Assembly (NCBI GenBank): GCA_030704615.1
Contig: CM060733.1
Coordinates: forward strand, 58,652,001-58,716,000
Direction: 5' to 3'
DNA: 64,000 nt
Source of the DNA: Takakia lepidozioides
Lineage: Eukaryota; Plantae; Bryophyta
Position numbers and translations under genes: made by a program
The notes under the pieces: generated by a model
Databases searched by the model: none
Seen by the model: the letters and a program-made list of their open reading frames with translations, nothing else
Told to the model about the DNA's origin: nothing
Part shown: in pieces, positions 28,017 to 40,619 of the stretch
Layout of the letters: every line of letters starts with the position of its first letter
Position numbering within the stretch: position 1 is the stretch's first letter

Positions 28017-31000
28017 CTAGCCGAGCTTCCCAATAACAGCATCGACTACATCCTGTGTGCTACTGGTCCCTCCCAGGTCCTTGGTGCGGAAAGTACCCTC
28101 TTCTACAACACTCATCACCGCTTGCTCAACCCTGTCTGCAAATGATGGAAACTGAAGGTGTCGCAACATCATAGCTGAGGACAACAGCAATGCAGTAGGG
28201 TTTGCAGTACGTTGTTGAACCAATTTCTCATTGCCCACATTGCCTGCTGAGGCCCCCTGCTCAAATATTGCATGCTCTGCACCCACATTCCCTGCATATA
28301 CAGAAAAAGGACAATATCAGAGACAAAAAGCTCAGCTGCATGCTGTAAAGAGACAGTGATAGATGATGAGATGAATGAATGCATCCCCTAATAGAGACTG
28401 AAACTAAAGGGTCTCCCCATGTTGGGCACTAGGTTCAACTTCAAACTAGTTGGATGCATTCGAATGTGTTCGCTCAATAGGTCCGAGTGCAAAAATTCAA
28501 GTGCGGGCTCCATGAAAAGTTAGCCCAGCTGGGAAGAGGAGAATCTGCGTGTCTGACCGTGGGGATGAAGGTGAGGATAGCGAACATTCCTGATGCATTG
28601 TAGGAAGTACTCGGGCCAATGAGAGGTCCTGTTTGGAGGCATCAACCAGACTGTAGCTGCAGTTCTTTCAAGAAGCTCAAGACAACCTCAAAGCTGTGCA
28701 CCTCCTTGGGATCTGGATTCTGAGATGAATCCACTCCTGGAGTAGGCTTCTGCATTTGTAGTGCCCTGCTGGTTCCCATCCTCTCCTCATTCTTCAGAGT
28801 TTTGGACAAGATTTTTATATTCATGATCTGGAGTTTCTGCTCCAAACAGAAGAGTCTATGGCCACAAGGCTGTGGCAAGCAACTGGTGTATTTCTTTTCT
28901 TGTTGTTCTAGTTTGTAACATGGGCTCTTGGAGCCTCTGTAAACATTATATAGTATCTTTGCTAGAATCAAGGTAAACCTCGCTCCAGGAGGGGTTTACA
29001 CAAGATAGTGGGCCCCGAGGTGCTCTCCTTGAACCGCCCTCCTCCCTCATCTTTTCTGCCCTTCCATGTTGGACCTCTTCCAGGTCATTTCATCTCTCTA
29101 ACTATGGCTAAAGGATTATTTTCTTAGCTGATTCAATTCTGAGACTTAAGTTCTCAATTGTGTGCGGTTCATCTCTCTCTCCTCTACTCTCCCCTTGCGC
29201 CCCTTGAAAGTTGGAGCAGATGAACTGAAAATGTCAAGTACAACAACCTACCATCTTAAGAATAGCTATCTGAGCTTGTTCTCTGCTCTCCACTTGTACT
29301 GCAAATGCAGCACTAAAGCAGGAGAAATTAAGCAAGAATCACATTGTGGTCAACACTAACTGAAATTAATGCAGTGAAGCAGCTTAGCAAACCAACTATC
29401 AGCACCCTTACAATGCCAAATTCTAAGGCCATTTTGAGCTCACTAGACGTGCAACATGAGCCCAGAGGCTGCAGACAAAAGGCAAAGTATCTCTCCTGTT
29501 CGCTCTCTGTAACAATGGAGTGGGGAACAGGGAAGATGTTGTACCTCCAGGCATTACACCAGTACCTCCTGCAATACCAGCAGCTGTATTGGCCACCAAT
29601 GTACCATACAAATTAGGTGTGACCTGCAATCATCCACCTTTGACAGAGTGATTCCAGAGAAAGGAAAACAACAACCAAACCCTTAGCTCCCATGAGAGTA
29701 TTAAAAAGGGTTAGGGTTTGAGCTATACGCTGGACTGGACGTATTTTTCTTTCTTTTCCACTCTCTGCTCTATCAAGCTGGACTGACAGTACAACACAGC
29801 TATTTGTTACTTCCCTACAGGGATGTTGTGGTGTTAGATGACCCTCCTGCTTTTGGATATGATGTATTGAGACAGATCCACAGATCGACACAAGATTACC
29901 CGTTTGGGCTTCCAGGCTGAAGACGGTGTCTTAAGATTAGGAAGTAAGGTGAAAGTGAGTAAGACTGCTTTTGGGCCAAGTATTATACTGGAAGAGTTCA
30001 ATGCATGTTCTAAATTCTACCATTGCAGGGTTGATTGGAATCTTTAGGGAGGAGTTGACCAACTTAAAGCAGTTAATCGATACCATCACAAGAACACTAC
30101 ACCTCATGTGACCAGACAGTATACTGTCATATGATTGTGTACGTATCTGTGCACTTGAATTAAAAGGTTTTAGCTTAGAAAAGCCTAGCTCAAGACAACA
30201 AAGGAGAGGGCAAATAGCAAAAGAAGGAATGTTCAATTATACATGTCAAAAGAGAGAAAAGTGATGTACCATACCATTACATCAAATTGCTGTGGCTTCG
30301 ACACGAGTTGCATACAACAGTTGTCCACAATGACCTCATTATATTTTATCCCTGGGTACCTCTTGGCCACCTCACGACAGGACTCCAGGAAGAGGCCATC
30401 GGCGAGCTTCATAATGTTGGCCTTGTGCACTGCTGTCACTGTCTTGCGGTTGTTGAGATATGCATATTCAAAAGCATATTTTGCGATGCGTTCTGAACAG
30501 AACTTTGTTATCACCTACGAAATTCCCCACTGTCAGACACTTGCTCCTTTACAATCATATTAGGATGTACAAATATGTGTAGACAATCCATTCATCCTTG
30601 GTGTAACCCTTGAGGCATAGAAGCCCTGGACAAAAAAGGGGGCAGAGGATGAGAGAGGAGAATGTACTCATAAGACTGCCGTAGCAGATGAGAGAGGAGA
30701 GAGAAAGAGGCGTTGGGGACACATGTCCAGGTTCTTGCCAGTGTGACCACAAATCCCACATGCAGCATATAGAGGAGTCAAAAGCAGGGATGTAGCATAA
30801 AAGACATAGAAGGGGTACAACAATGATCAATGCATTTCCTGTCAGGGGTAGAACTAGTTCTGGCCTCCAATGTTCCGGAAAGGCCTTCACCAGAGAAAAT
30901 ATTTTGATAAGAAATATTGAGTTCTTTCTGTCTTTCTCTCTCTTTGCTCTTTGAGCTTCCCACAGCCATTATGAGGTACCATTTCTCTCTGAGGCGGCTA

Positions 31001-31578
31001 CTGTTCTGCCATCAACTTGTTTTGAAATTTACAGTCCTGCCTTGTTACACTGAAACTGATTTTAAGTCATTGTTGTTCTCCTTCCTTGTCCTGCTTCACA
31101 ATTCCTCATAGGATGGAGGTTTTCTGACAATCAACACTCCTATTGAGCCACGGATTCATACTGAGCTTCAAATCCAAATCATCCGCCAATTGTCCTAGTG
31201 TATGATCAAGATATGTGATAGAGGTCTCAATTCATTGAGTGATGACAACAATTGATCATGTACTTGCTGACGCCACTGTTTTCTCTGGAAGGTGTTGTAT
31301 CCCTAAAGACTCTGCCCTACATGATGTAAGGGCCAAAATCAGACGGGAATGGTGACTGCGTACACCTTCTCCTTTGTAAATCTTTTTGACTGGATTGGAA
31401 CAATATACTGAGATTGCACCACGATGGAGGAGATAAATATAGGTTGATATGTGCTGGGGCAACTGCCCAGTCACAGGAAAAACCTATTTTAGGTTAAGAT
31501 CGTCATGAATGCGCCACAAAATTTGTTCTCCTGAAGATCTTTGGCCTCCCTTCAAGCCAAGATTTATGTGTGCAGGCA

Positions 31579-31609
<31 letters not shown>

Positions 31610-32190
31610 TGCCTACTATGGAGATTTTTCCTTTTAATTTGCAAGTACTCAGCATCAGTGGGCGAAAGGGGTGAGCGTACCTTGAGGCTCTCAACAACCC
31701 CAGGGACCACCTCATGCTCCAGGCCCGAATACTCGCCCTCAGTGTTCTCTCGTATGACTACAATGTTGACCTTATCGTGCCGAGTCTTCAACCCTGGAAG
31801 ATTAAAACAGTGGACCAAAGACGCATACAGATCCAATTCTTTCCGTAATTGGACATTAAGAGAACTAACCCCTCCTCCCACCGGAGTCGCCAATCCCCCT
31901 TTCAAACACACCTTGTTCTTCCTGATAGAATCCATTACGTCAGTAGGAACCTTGTCCATCCTCCCGGAGACTTCATATGTCTCGAAGTAGACGGGTGCGT
32001 GCATTGCCTTCATGACCTGCACAACAGCCCCTGTCACCAGAGGTCCAATCCCATCTCCAGGGATCAGGGTGACCGGTCTAGGGTTTCCATCTCCAGGCCT
32101 AGGCATGTAGGTGATGGACCGAGATTGCTGCAACGACCTCACCACCTCCTTCAAATGCCTCCCTACTCCATACCGTCCTTGCCAAGCCAT
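28017..32190 (-). CDS. IDH1: Mitochondrial NAD-dependent isocitrate dehydrogenase, regulatory subunit (4 exons: ~32190-31681, ~30513-30277, ~29624-29545, ~28291-28017)
   Basis: [71 protein letters not shown] and [24 protein letters not shown]. These match the plant regulatory subunits (IDH1/IDH2-type). Confidence 0.95.
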
Positions 32191-32707
32191 TGTTGCAAGC
32201 AATCCTTCAACTAGAGAGCCTTCTTCCCCATGCCTCCCACGCAATCCCTTCTACATCACTGCGTCAATCTATCTGCAACAAGAAGCCATCGCAGAGCAGC
32301 AAGGAATCCTCGTGCGTGAAACGAGTCAAGCGTTTTGTACATGCTCCACTTTCACCTGAAATCCTTAGACAATGCTCAGCGCTACCTTCACAACGGTAAT
32401 ACCAGAGTTTGTCGGATAGTTTTCGCACTCTTTTTTATTTTTGTTTTTGTTTTCATTATTGTTGTACTTAGTAGTAGTTGACATTCAGTTAGCAAAAAAA
32501 AAAAAAAAAGTTAGCCTTGGGTTTTTGTAATTTGTTCACTTGTCCAATTATTACGCTGGCTTCGGTTGGCGTCATATACATATATATATATCCTCAAACG
32601 ACGATGAGCATGACTTTGCACAATACACCAATCGGTGCTTTCACACGGTGTTTGAAGGTCCTTTGACCACATTTTTTCCCTTGACTTCAACATGATGCGT
32701 AAGTCCC

Positions 32708-32757
32708 GCTCTATGAGCTTTCCGCGGATATTATAAAGCACCATTTCATTTCATTTC
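32708..32757 (+). mobile_element. Tail-only (~50 bp) fragment of LINE family A
   Basis: gctctatgagctttccgcggatattataaagcaccatttcatttcatttc matches 3240-3290. Confidence 0.75.
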
Positions 32758-33469
32758 TACATTAGAGCCAAAACGTCCCATTTCTCAGCCTACATGGCAC
32801 GGTTATTGTGAAAGAGGTTATTTTCTCCTCTCACTATCAAGGGGCCTGATTTGTGAGCTGTCGCTCCTAGGTGTTTCCCTTCAAATAATAATAATAATAT
32901 AAAAAAAACCAACAAAGCAATAATTCAAGTCAAGGTAGTATTAAAAAAGTGCATAATGGCATCGTGGTAAGAGATATTGTGGATTGGCTTGTGCGTTTGG
33001 GGTTCAATCCACTCCACACCCCTATGATGTTTGGAAGATAATTAAACAAACCTTCAACTGGCAATGAGCTCTCTTGCTTTGGCAAAACACAAGGGGAGTG
33101 AGAGTAAGGGGCTTGACTCAGCACAACACACCAATCACAGCCTTGGCACGGTGTAAGATCGCCGCAACCATAAAACCAAGTAGGGAAGCTTAATTCGGTC
33201 TACTCCATCTTCCGGTCGGTGGGAGTCTTTTGACCACATTTTGTCCGTTGATTTCAACATGATGCATAATCTCTCTTCTACGTAAGAGAGCCAATAAAAA
33301 ATACCGGAAAAAGAGGACACTACTACTAGTGTTTTTCTTTTCAGTAATTGTAGGCAAAATCAGGCTCATGATACTCAAATAGTGGCGCTTCCTGCAATTT
33401 TTTGTTACCCCCCATAATTCTAGCGACGACCGAAGGTCGAGAGCTAGTTTAGCGTAGAGCAGGAATAGG

Positions 33470-33552
33470 GTGCCATAGTGCCACATCATCGTCGCCACGT
33501 GTCATCACCACGTGTCGTAGCCACCTGTCGTCGCCACGTTTCGTACGTCGTC
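33470..33552. promoter_or_regulatory. Cluster of G-box/ABRE-like motifs between the divergent IDH and PPR loci
   Basis: About five ~14-15-bp units containing GCCACGTGTC, CCACGTGTC, GCCACCTGTC or GCCACGTTTC. Confidence 0.4.
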
Positions 33553-33789
33553 AATTTCTTTCTATCTGCCCGGATTGCCCAAAAAATCCGAAAATAACTT
33601 CTTGAACGGTACTTCGTCGAGACTGACCCTTTTCCTCCCTGCTTCTGTTTGATGTTCAAAGGAGAGAGAGAGAGAGCGCGAGCGCAATGGCTACATAGGT
33701 TGATAAGGCCTGGCATTTAGAACAGGTTTAGATAGGTTTGGCAGAACTCGACTGTGCGGAGGGCATTTCTTCAAACGGCGCATCTAGGA

Positions 33790-36019
33790 GAGCGTTCTCC
33801 AGTGAGAATCCCAGGGAAAAAGGTGAGCATATTTATCCTTCACAATGGTGGGACAACCTACATATCAAGGTTTAGAGGGTTTACCCCTAGGACGCCTCTC
33901 TTTCTTCTTACATGATGTGAAGAAGGTTTTATGTTCTGCAAAAGTGGCTGTCCATGTCTGTATCATAGGTTGTTGTTCCTAAACAGGCCATGAAATTGCA
34001 TTGCGCAAGGGTTTTTCTTGGTGTTTACAAGGTACTGGGGAGGGTCTTCTTGGTTTTGGGAGGCCGTCTTATTGATAGCTACAAGAAACCTGCATGAGTA
34101 GATGGTCAACTGCAAGCAGCAGCAGGGGCACAATTGATAAAATCAGGCACTCTCACAATGACCACAGCCTCCAAAAGAGGACCAAGAGAGGGAGTCCACA
34201 GGACCTCTTCTGGAAATTCCGGGTATATGAGGACACTATGTGAGGCAGGGAAACTGAAAGAGGCTCTTCAAATTTTGAACCAAGGAAGCATTTCAGCAGG
34301 TACAGATACTTATGTCTGTCTCTTGCATGCGTGCGTCAAGATGAAAGGCCTGGAAATGGGAAAGCAGGTGCACTCTCACATTACCCAAAGTGGATTCAAA
34401 CCAAATGTTTTTCTACAGAACACCCTTGTGAACATGTATGTTTAATGCGGGAGCATCATGGCTGCACACCAAGTGTTCAACAAAATGCCTGAACGAGGTT
34501 TGTTCACATGGAATACAATGATGGTAGGATTTACCAAGTATGGGTGTGGTAAGAATGCCTTGGAGACATATGAGCAAATGATGCAGGAAGGGGTGACGCC
34601 CAACCAGGTCACATTCGTTTGCGTTTGCAATGCATGTGCAAGCCTGGCAGCCCTGGAAAATGGCAAAGAGATCCATGGTGACATCATCAAAGCTGGAATT
34701 GTACCAGGTGTCATTCTGAACAAAACCCTCATGGGAATGTATGACAAATGCGGCAGCATCAAAGATGCAAAGGGGGTGTTCGACAATATGGCTGCACAGG
34801 ATGTGGTGTCCTGGAATGCAATAATCGTAGGATATGCCAGGCATGGGTGTGGCATAGAGGCTTTGGAGACCTATGAGCAAATGATGCAGGAAGGAGTGAA
34901 GCCCAACCGGATCACATTTGTGTGTGTCTGCAATGCGTGTGTGAGCCTGGCAGCCCTGGAAAAGGGCAAAGAGGTCCATGGTGATGTAATCAAAGCTGGA
35001 CTTGTACCAGATGTCATTCTGAACACTACCCTCGTGGACATGTATGCCAAATGTGGCAGCATCGAAGATGCAAAGGGAGTGTTCAAAATATGACTGAACG
35101 AGATGTGGTGTCCTGGAATGCGATGATTGCAGGATATGTGCAGCATGGGTGTGGCATGGAGGCTTTGGAGACCTATGAGCAAATGATGCAGGAAGGGTGA
35201 AGCCCAACCGGGCCACATTTGTTTGTATTTGCAATGCATGTGTGAGCCTGGCGGCCCTGGAAAAGGGCAAAGAGGTCCATGGTGACATTATCAAAGCTGG
35301 AATTGTATCAGATGTCATTCTGAACACTGCCCTCATGGACATGTATGCCAAATGTGGCAGCATCGGAGATGCAAAGGGAGTGTTCGAGAATATGGCTGAA
35401 CGGGATGTAGTGTCCTGGAATATAATGATTGCAGGATATGCCCAGCATGGATATGAGCTGGAGGCTTTGGAGACCTATGAGCAAATGATGCAGGAAGGGG
35501 TGAAGCCCAACCGGGTCACATTCACTTGCATTTGCAATGCATGCGCGAGCCTGTCAGCCCTGGAAAAAGGCAAAGAGGTCCATGAAGACATCATCAAAGC
35601 TGGAATCGTACCAGATCTGATTCTGAACAATACCCTTGTGGACATGTATGCCAAATGCAGCAACATCAGAGGTGCAAATGGAGAGTTTGACAATATGGCT
35701 GAACGAAATGTATGCCAAAGGCGGAAGTACTGAAGATGCAAAGGGAGTGTTCGTCAAGATGGCTGAACGAAATGTGGTGTCCTGGAGTTCGATGATTGCA
35801 GGATATGTGCAGCATGGGTGTGGGATGGAGGCTTTGGAGACTTATGAGCAAATGATGCAGGAAGGTGTGAAGCCCAACCGGGTCACATTTGTTTGTGTTT
35901 GCAATGCGTGTGCGGGCCTGGCAGCCCTGGAAAAGGGTAGGAAGGTCCATGGTGACATCATCAAAGCTGGGATTGTACCAGATGTCATTCTGAACAATAC
36001 CCTCCTGGACATGTATGCC
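33790..36019 (+). pseudogene. PLS-class PPR pseudogene 1, preceded by a PDF-motif remnant and truncated by a LINE
   Basis: Tandem ~303-bp P-L-S triplets ([12 protein letters not shown] / PNRVTFVCVCNAC / [17 protein letters not shown]). Stops at 34443 and 35091, plus frameshifts. A QWWDNL..K exon remnant lies at ~33843-33869. Confidence 0.9.
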
Positions 36020-39000
36020 TCAGGGTGATCCCTGGGAATTGGTTACTTATGCCAAATCCAGGGCTTCATGTGTAGTTTTTGGGGTGAATCCCAGGATGGA
36101 CGATGTGTCCTTTAAAACTACATGCTCTAGCTTAGGCTTTGATTTCATGGCTAATGGTACCATCTCGAGACTTGATAACAGGGGTACGTTGAAGGTTGCA
36201 ATGACCAAAAGTGCTTCTAATAGAGTCCCGCATCAATTCAATCTCAAAGAAGTTCGTCCCTTGACTGGCTGGAGAGCGGTCTTAGACATTGGTGATTCAA
36301 ACGGGCGCTCTAGGAAGACAACCAAGGGCAACAACTTCAACTTGAGAGTTTCTAATCGGTTTGATGCTCTGGATGAGGTTGAATCCAAACAGCCAGAAAG
36401 ACAAGATGCCCCTAAGTGTACGGAACCTGAACGTCCTGAATTTGAAGGATTTGGTACTCTGAATGGCTTATCAATCCTCAAGGTTTACACAAGACGAACA
36501 AATTCTATACACGGGGTAATTGTCCCCAAGCCGTCAGATGGACAGTCTGTCCCTAAGTGTGCAGAGCCTGAACGTCGTGTAACTGAAGGATTTGGTACTC
36601 TAAATGGTTTACCAATCCTCAAAGTCTACACAAGACGAGCAAAATCTATACACGGGGTAATTGTCCCCAAGCAGTCTGACGGACAATCTGCCCCTATGTG
36701 TGCGGAGCCTGTGCGTCGTGTAACTGAAAGATTTGGTACCCTGAATGGTTTACCAATTCTCAAAGTTTACACAAGACGAGCAAAATCTACACATGGGGTA
36801 ACTGTCCCCCCTTTGCAGAACGGTTGGCCGTCCAGGAGCAATCACAAGCTACCTAGACGACAAACAATTCACACGCAAAGGGCTGGCTTGCGGCTGGCCA
36901 CTTTCAACTTCTCAGGGTTGACCAACCAAAGGAAACAACTTGAAGTGGGACAAGTTCTTCGGACTAATGATATTCATATCTGTGCTGGGCAAGAAACATG
37001 GGAAACGTCGGATAAACTGGTTGGAGATGTCATTGGTTTGTCAGGTAAGATGTGTACAAGGCAGCCTCTTCAAAAAGAGGTATTTCTTGTTTGACAATTG
37101 TGAAATTATCATTTGAGTATCTGGCTAAAACTGAATTTGAAGGGCGGCATGAGTACAAAGGACCTCTTTGTTGGTTGTGTTTACATGCCCACAGAGGGGA
37201 CCCTTAGTGCTGACGCAGACAAGGCCTTCGAAGATGTAAAGCTGGACTGTGCTTCGTTCCTTGCCAAAGGTCAGGTGGTACTATTGGGGGACTTCAATGC
37301 CCGGGTGGGCAAAGGGATCCATCAGGACGATATCATTGGACCTTTTGGTGAGGACGAGCTGAATTCTAATGGCAAACGGTTAATTAACTGTCTAGAAGAG
37401 CTTCAGCTTTTGACCTTGAATAACAGGACAAGTGGTGACCAAGTGTAGTGGACTCGTGAGAAATCCCAAACTGGGGAACGTTCCATTGTGGACTATATCA
37501 TAATGGACAAAATTTTGTTCCCCCAGTGTGCCAATGTGTTGATCGACAGAACTGATATTGGTACCTCTGACCACTTCCTGGTTTGGACTGAGATCAAAAG
37601 GTGTTTTCCCACCACCAAGAGATCTGTGAAACGTTCGATTTGGAAGTGGCGCATAGAAGAATTCCACAATGAGGAGGTCAAGGCTGAGTACGTCCAGGCC
37701 TTGCAAGAGGCTCTCCCTCATTTTGTCCAATCGCTCCAAGAACTTTAGTCACGCTCTGTTAACGCAAGAAATGAAGTCAAAAGAGCAGTGGACTCTTGAG
37801 AGAGTTTCGTTTCCTCCGTGGCTGACAAGATCATTGGGAGGAAACTAATTGTCTGCGGTAGAGCAGTTAATTGGTGGACCAATGAGATTAAACTCAAGAT
37901 AGCTGAGAGACGAGCCCTCTATAAAGAGTGCTGCAATTTGGAAACCAACAGAGAATTGTGGGCGAGGTACTACCAGCTCCGTAAAGATATCAATCAGCTT
38001 GTTAGGTCTCAGAAGAAATTATACTGGGACAAGTTATACAGTGAAATAAACTCCAACCACCATGGTGGTAATGACAAGAAATTCTGGTTGGCCCTTCAAC
38101 GTTTGTACAAGCCAAAAAACGGTCAGCAAGTGCAAGCGCTGAAGACTACTAAAGGTGCAGTGGTGACTTCATCGGTTGACATTGTCAAAACCTTTGAAAC
38201 TCACTACAGTATCCTTGGCAGAACTTCTAGGTCTAACAGTGAGGGGTCTTCTGCTGAATGGAGGGACACAGTTGGAAAAACTGTTCCTATGATTCAAAAC
38301 AGCCCTGATGAACTGGAGTATATTTCAATGGCTTATAATGCTCCCATTAGTTCTTCTGAGATTGTGGAAGCAATTGAACATTTAAATGGATATAAAGCTG
38401 GTGGACCTGATGGTATTGTCAACGAGCTTATCAAGCACGGTGGCGATCCCATGATAGAGGCCCTAGTTCTCCTCTTTAACCTTATCTGGAAGACTGAAAT
38501 GATCCCCTTTCGCTGGCGACAGGGGGTCATTGTCAATCTATACAAGAAGGGTGGCAGAGAAGAACCGGGGAACTACCGTGGCATCACACTCCTCAATGCT
38601 GTTGGCAAGACATTCTGCAGAGTTATAAGTACTCGTCTCGAGGTTGATCTGGAGTCTAGAGGTTGTTTCCACGAAGGCCAAGCTGGCTTTCGGCGAAACA
38701 GGGGCTGTGTGGATCATATCTTCACTCTAAGCCAGATTATCCAGGGAAGGAAAAAAGAAGGGAAACCCACTTATGTTTTTTTCCTGGATGTCAAAAAGGC
38801 TTATGACACAGTGTGGAGAGATGGCCTATGGTTCCGCCTCTGGTCTTGTGGGATCAAGGGAAAGATGTGGAGAGTTGTCCACAACTTGTATGCTCACACC
38901 AAAAGCTGTGTCACTGTTAACGGACAGAAGTCCAACTTCTTTGACATAGACCAAGGTGTAGCTCAAGGATGTACTCTCTCCCCTCTGCTCTTCAATGTTT

Positions 39001-40428
39001 TCATCAATCAACTCCTCGAGGATGTGGAAAGTGAGGGATTTGGGTTAAGGGTGGGTGATACCACCATACCAGCCCTTATGTTTGCGGATGACTTCGCAGG
39101 CATAGGGGAGACTCCAACCAATCTCCAGGAGTTGATTGATTGCACGAAGAGATACTTTGATCTTTGGGGGCTAGAGGCTAATGTCAGCAAATGTGCAGTG
39201 GTAGCATTCAACGACAGAGGAGAGGGAGGAAGTGATCTTAAGTGGCAGTGGGGTAGCCAAGAGATCCTGGTCCTCCCTTCCTACACTTACCTAGGCGTTG
39301 AGTTCTCCTCCAATTGTAATTGGGATGCACATATCTGGAAAGTTGTTCAAACTAGCAAGGGCAAAGCTCTGGGGCTCACTAAATTTTTCCACTGCAGAGG
39401 GGTCAACTTTGAGTTAAGAAAACCATGCTTTGTCGCGTTATTAGACCTGCCTTGGAGTACGGATCTGCTATATGGGTTGATAACTCCAACCAGGCTAAGT
39501 CTCTAGAATCCATTCAAGTGGGGGTGCTTAAGGAGTGTATGTCAGCATGCTCCAAAACAGCCAATGTGGCTGTTCGGGGTGAGTTTGGCATTCCGTCCTT
39601 AAGCTCCCGACGAGATGAATTCAAGGTCAGATGGTGGGGTCAGCTGCAACATATGCCCAACACCAGATATCCTAAGTTAATCGACTCTATATCTTGGAAA
39701 CAGGACCGCCCTGTCAAACATGCTAAGTCCTGGCAGAAGAGAGTAGAAGAGATCCTCAAGGACCTGGACCTGGATCCGCAAGTCTTGACCCTGCTGGATA
39801 AATCTGACTTAGAGGCTGTAGTGTCCTCCGCCATGTCTGTTGCCATGAGATTGTCTGATGAAAATGAAGTTAGGCAGAAAACTTCCCTGAACTTGTTTCC
39901 AGTCTGTGACATGGGGGAGGACATCTTGGATGACCTCAAGGGTCTACCCACTCTCGGCACTAGACTGAAATTTAAACTCAGGGCATGAAGCCTACCTTTG
40001 AACAGCAAACAGAAGCAGAGAGGAAAGGGAGAGTGCAATTGCCCGTTGTGTGGGCAATCTGAAGACAGTATTCATTTTCTGATACACTGTCCGGGGTTCT
40101 CTCACCAAAGAGACGCTCTCTTCAAATCTATTAAGGGAATTGTGCCTGTACCCCTGTTTACCAACTTTGAAAGTCTCGAGGCTGAGCCAAAAGCCCAGGC
40201 CCTCCTGAGGCCTAGTTTTGGGCAAATCACACATAGCAGATTGATGCTTGTGTGAAGGGATTTCTAGAGGATATCTGGAAAACCCGGATTAATTCTTTAT
40301 ATGGAGGTAAGTCTTACTACCAACGTCAGCCCCTGACAGAGGTAGGTTCTGTCCCTTTTGTTCCCGCTCAAATTGGGCGCGGGGTCAATGGCCACAAGGC
40401 TACGACAAACAACGTCTTATGAGTACAA
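36020..40428 (+). mobile_element. Long LINE (family B) with N-terminal region, APE endonuclease, RT and Cys/His knuckle; disrupted by stops and frameshifts
   Basis: APE motifs RLATFNFSGL, AGQET, LGDFNARVG, DYII and SDH. RT motifs FLDVKKAYDTV, GVAQGCTLSPLLF and MFADD. C-terminal CPLCGQSEDSIHFLIHCP. Joined directly after the PPR codons ATGTATGCC. Confidence 0.93.
36411..36810 (+). repeat. Three in-frame 141-bp (47-aa) tandem repeats in the LINE-B N-terminal ORF
   Basis: Units start at 36411, 36552 and 36693, each encoding PKCxEPERxxxEGFGTLNGLxILKVYTRRxxSIHGVIVP. Confidence 0.9.
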
Positions 40429-40619
40429 TCTCTCCCCAGCACATTTTTAAAGTCTTGGGACCATTTCAGAGTAGGAGCTAGTGTGTGATCAGTAGGGTTT
40501 GGGTGTTTGCAAGAAAAAATTCAGCTGTCATTGTCAGCTTCTAGCAGCAAGGGCAAGGTCTATGCATTAATGGTGCTGAGTAAGGGATAGCTGAAGGAGA
40601 GCAGGGATAGAGTGTGGGT

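Noticed and set aside
34413-35363. 316-aa minus-strand ORF with internal repeats
   Set aside because: Antisense reading of the tandem PPR triplets.
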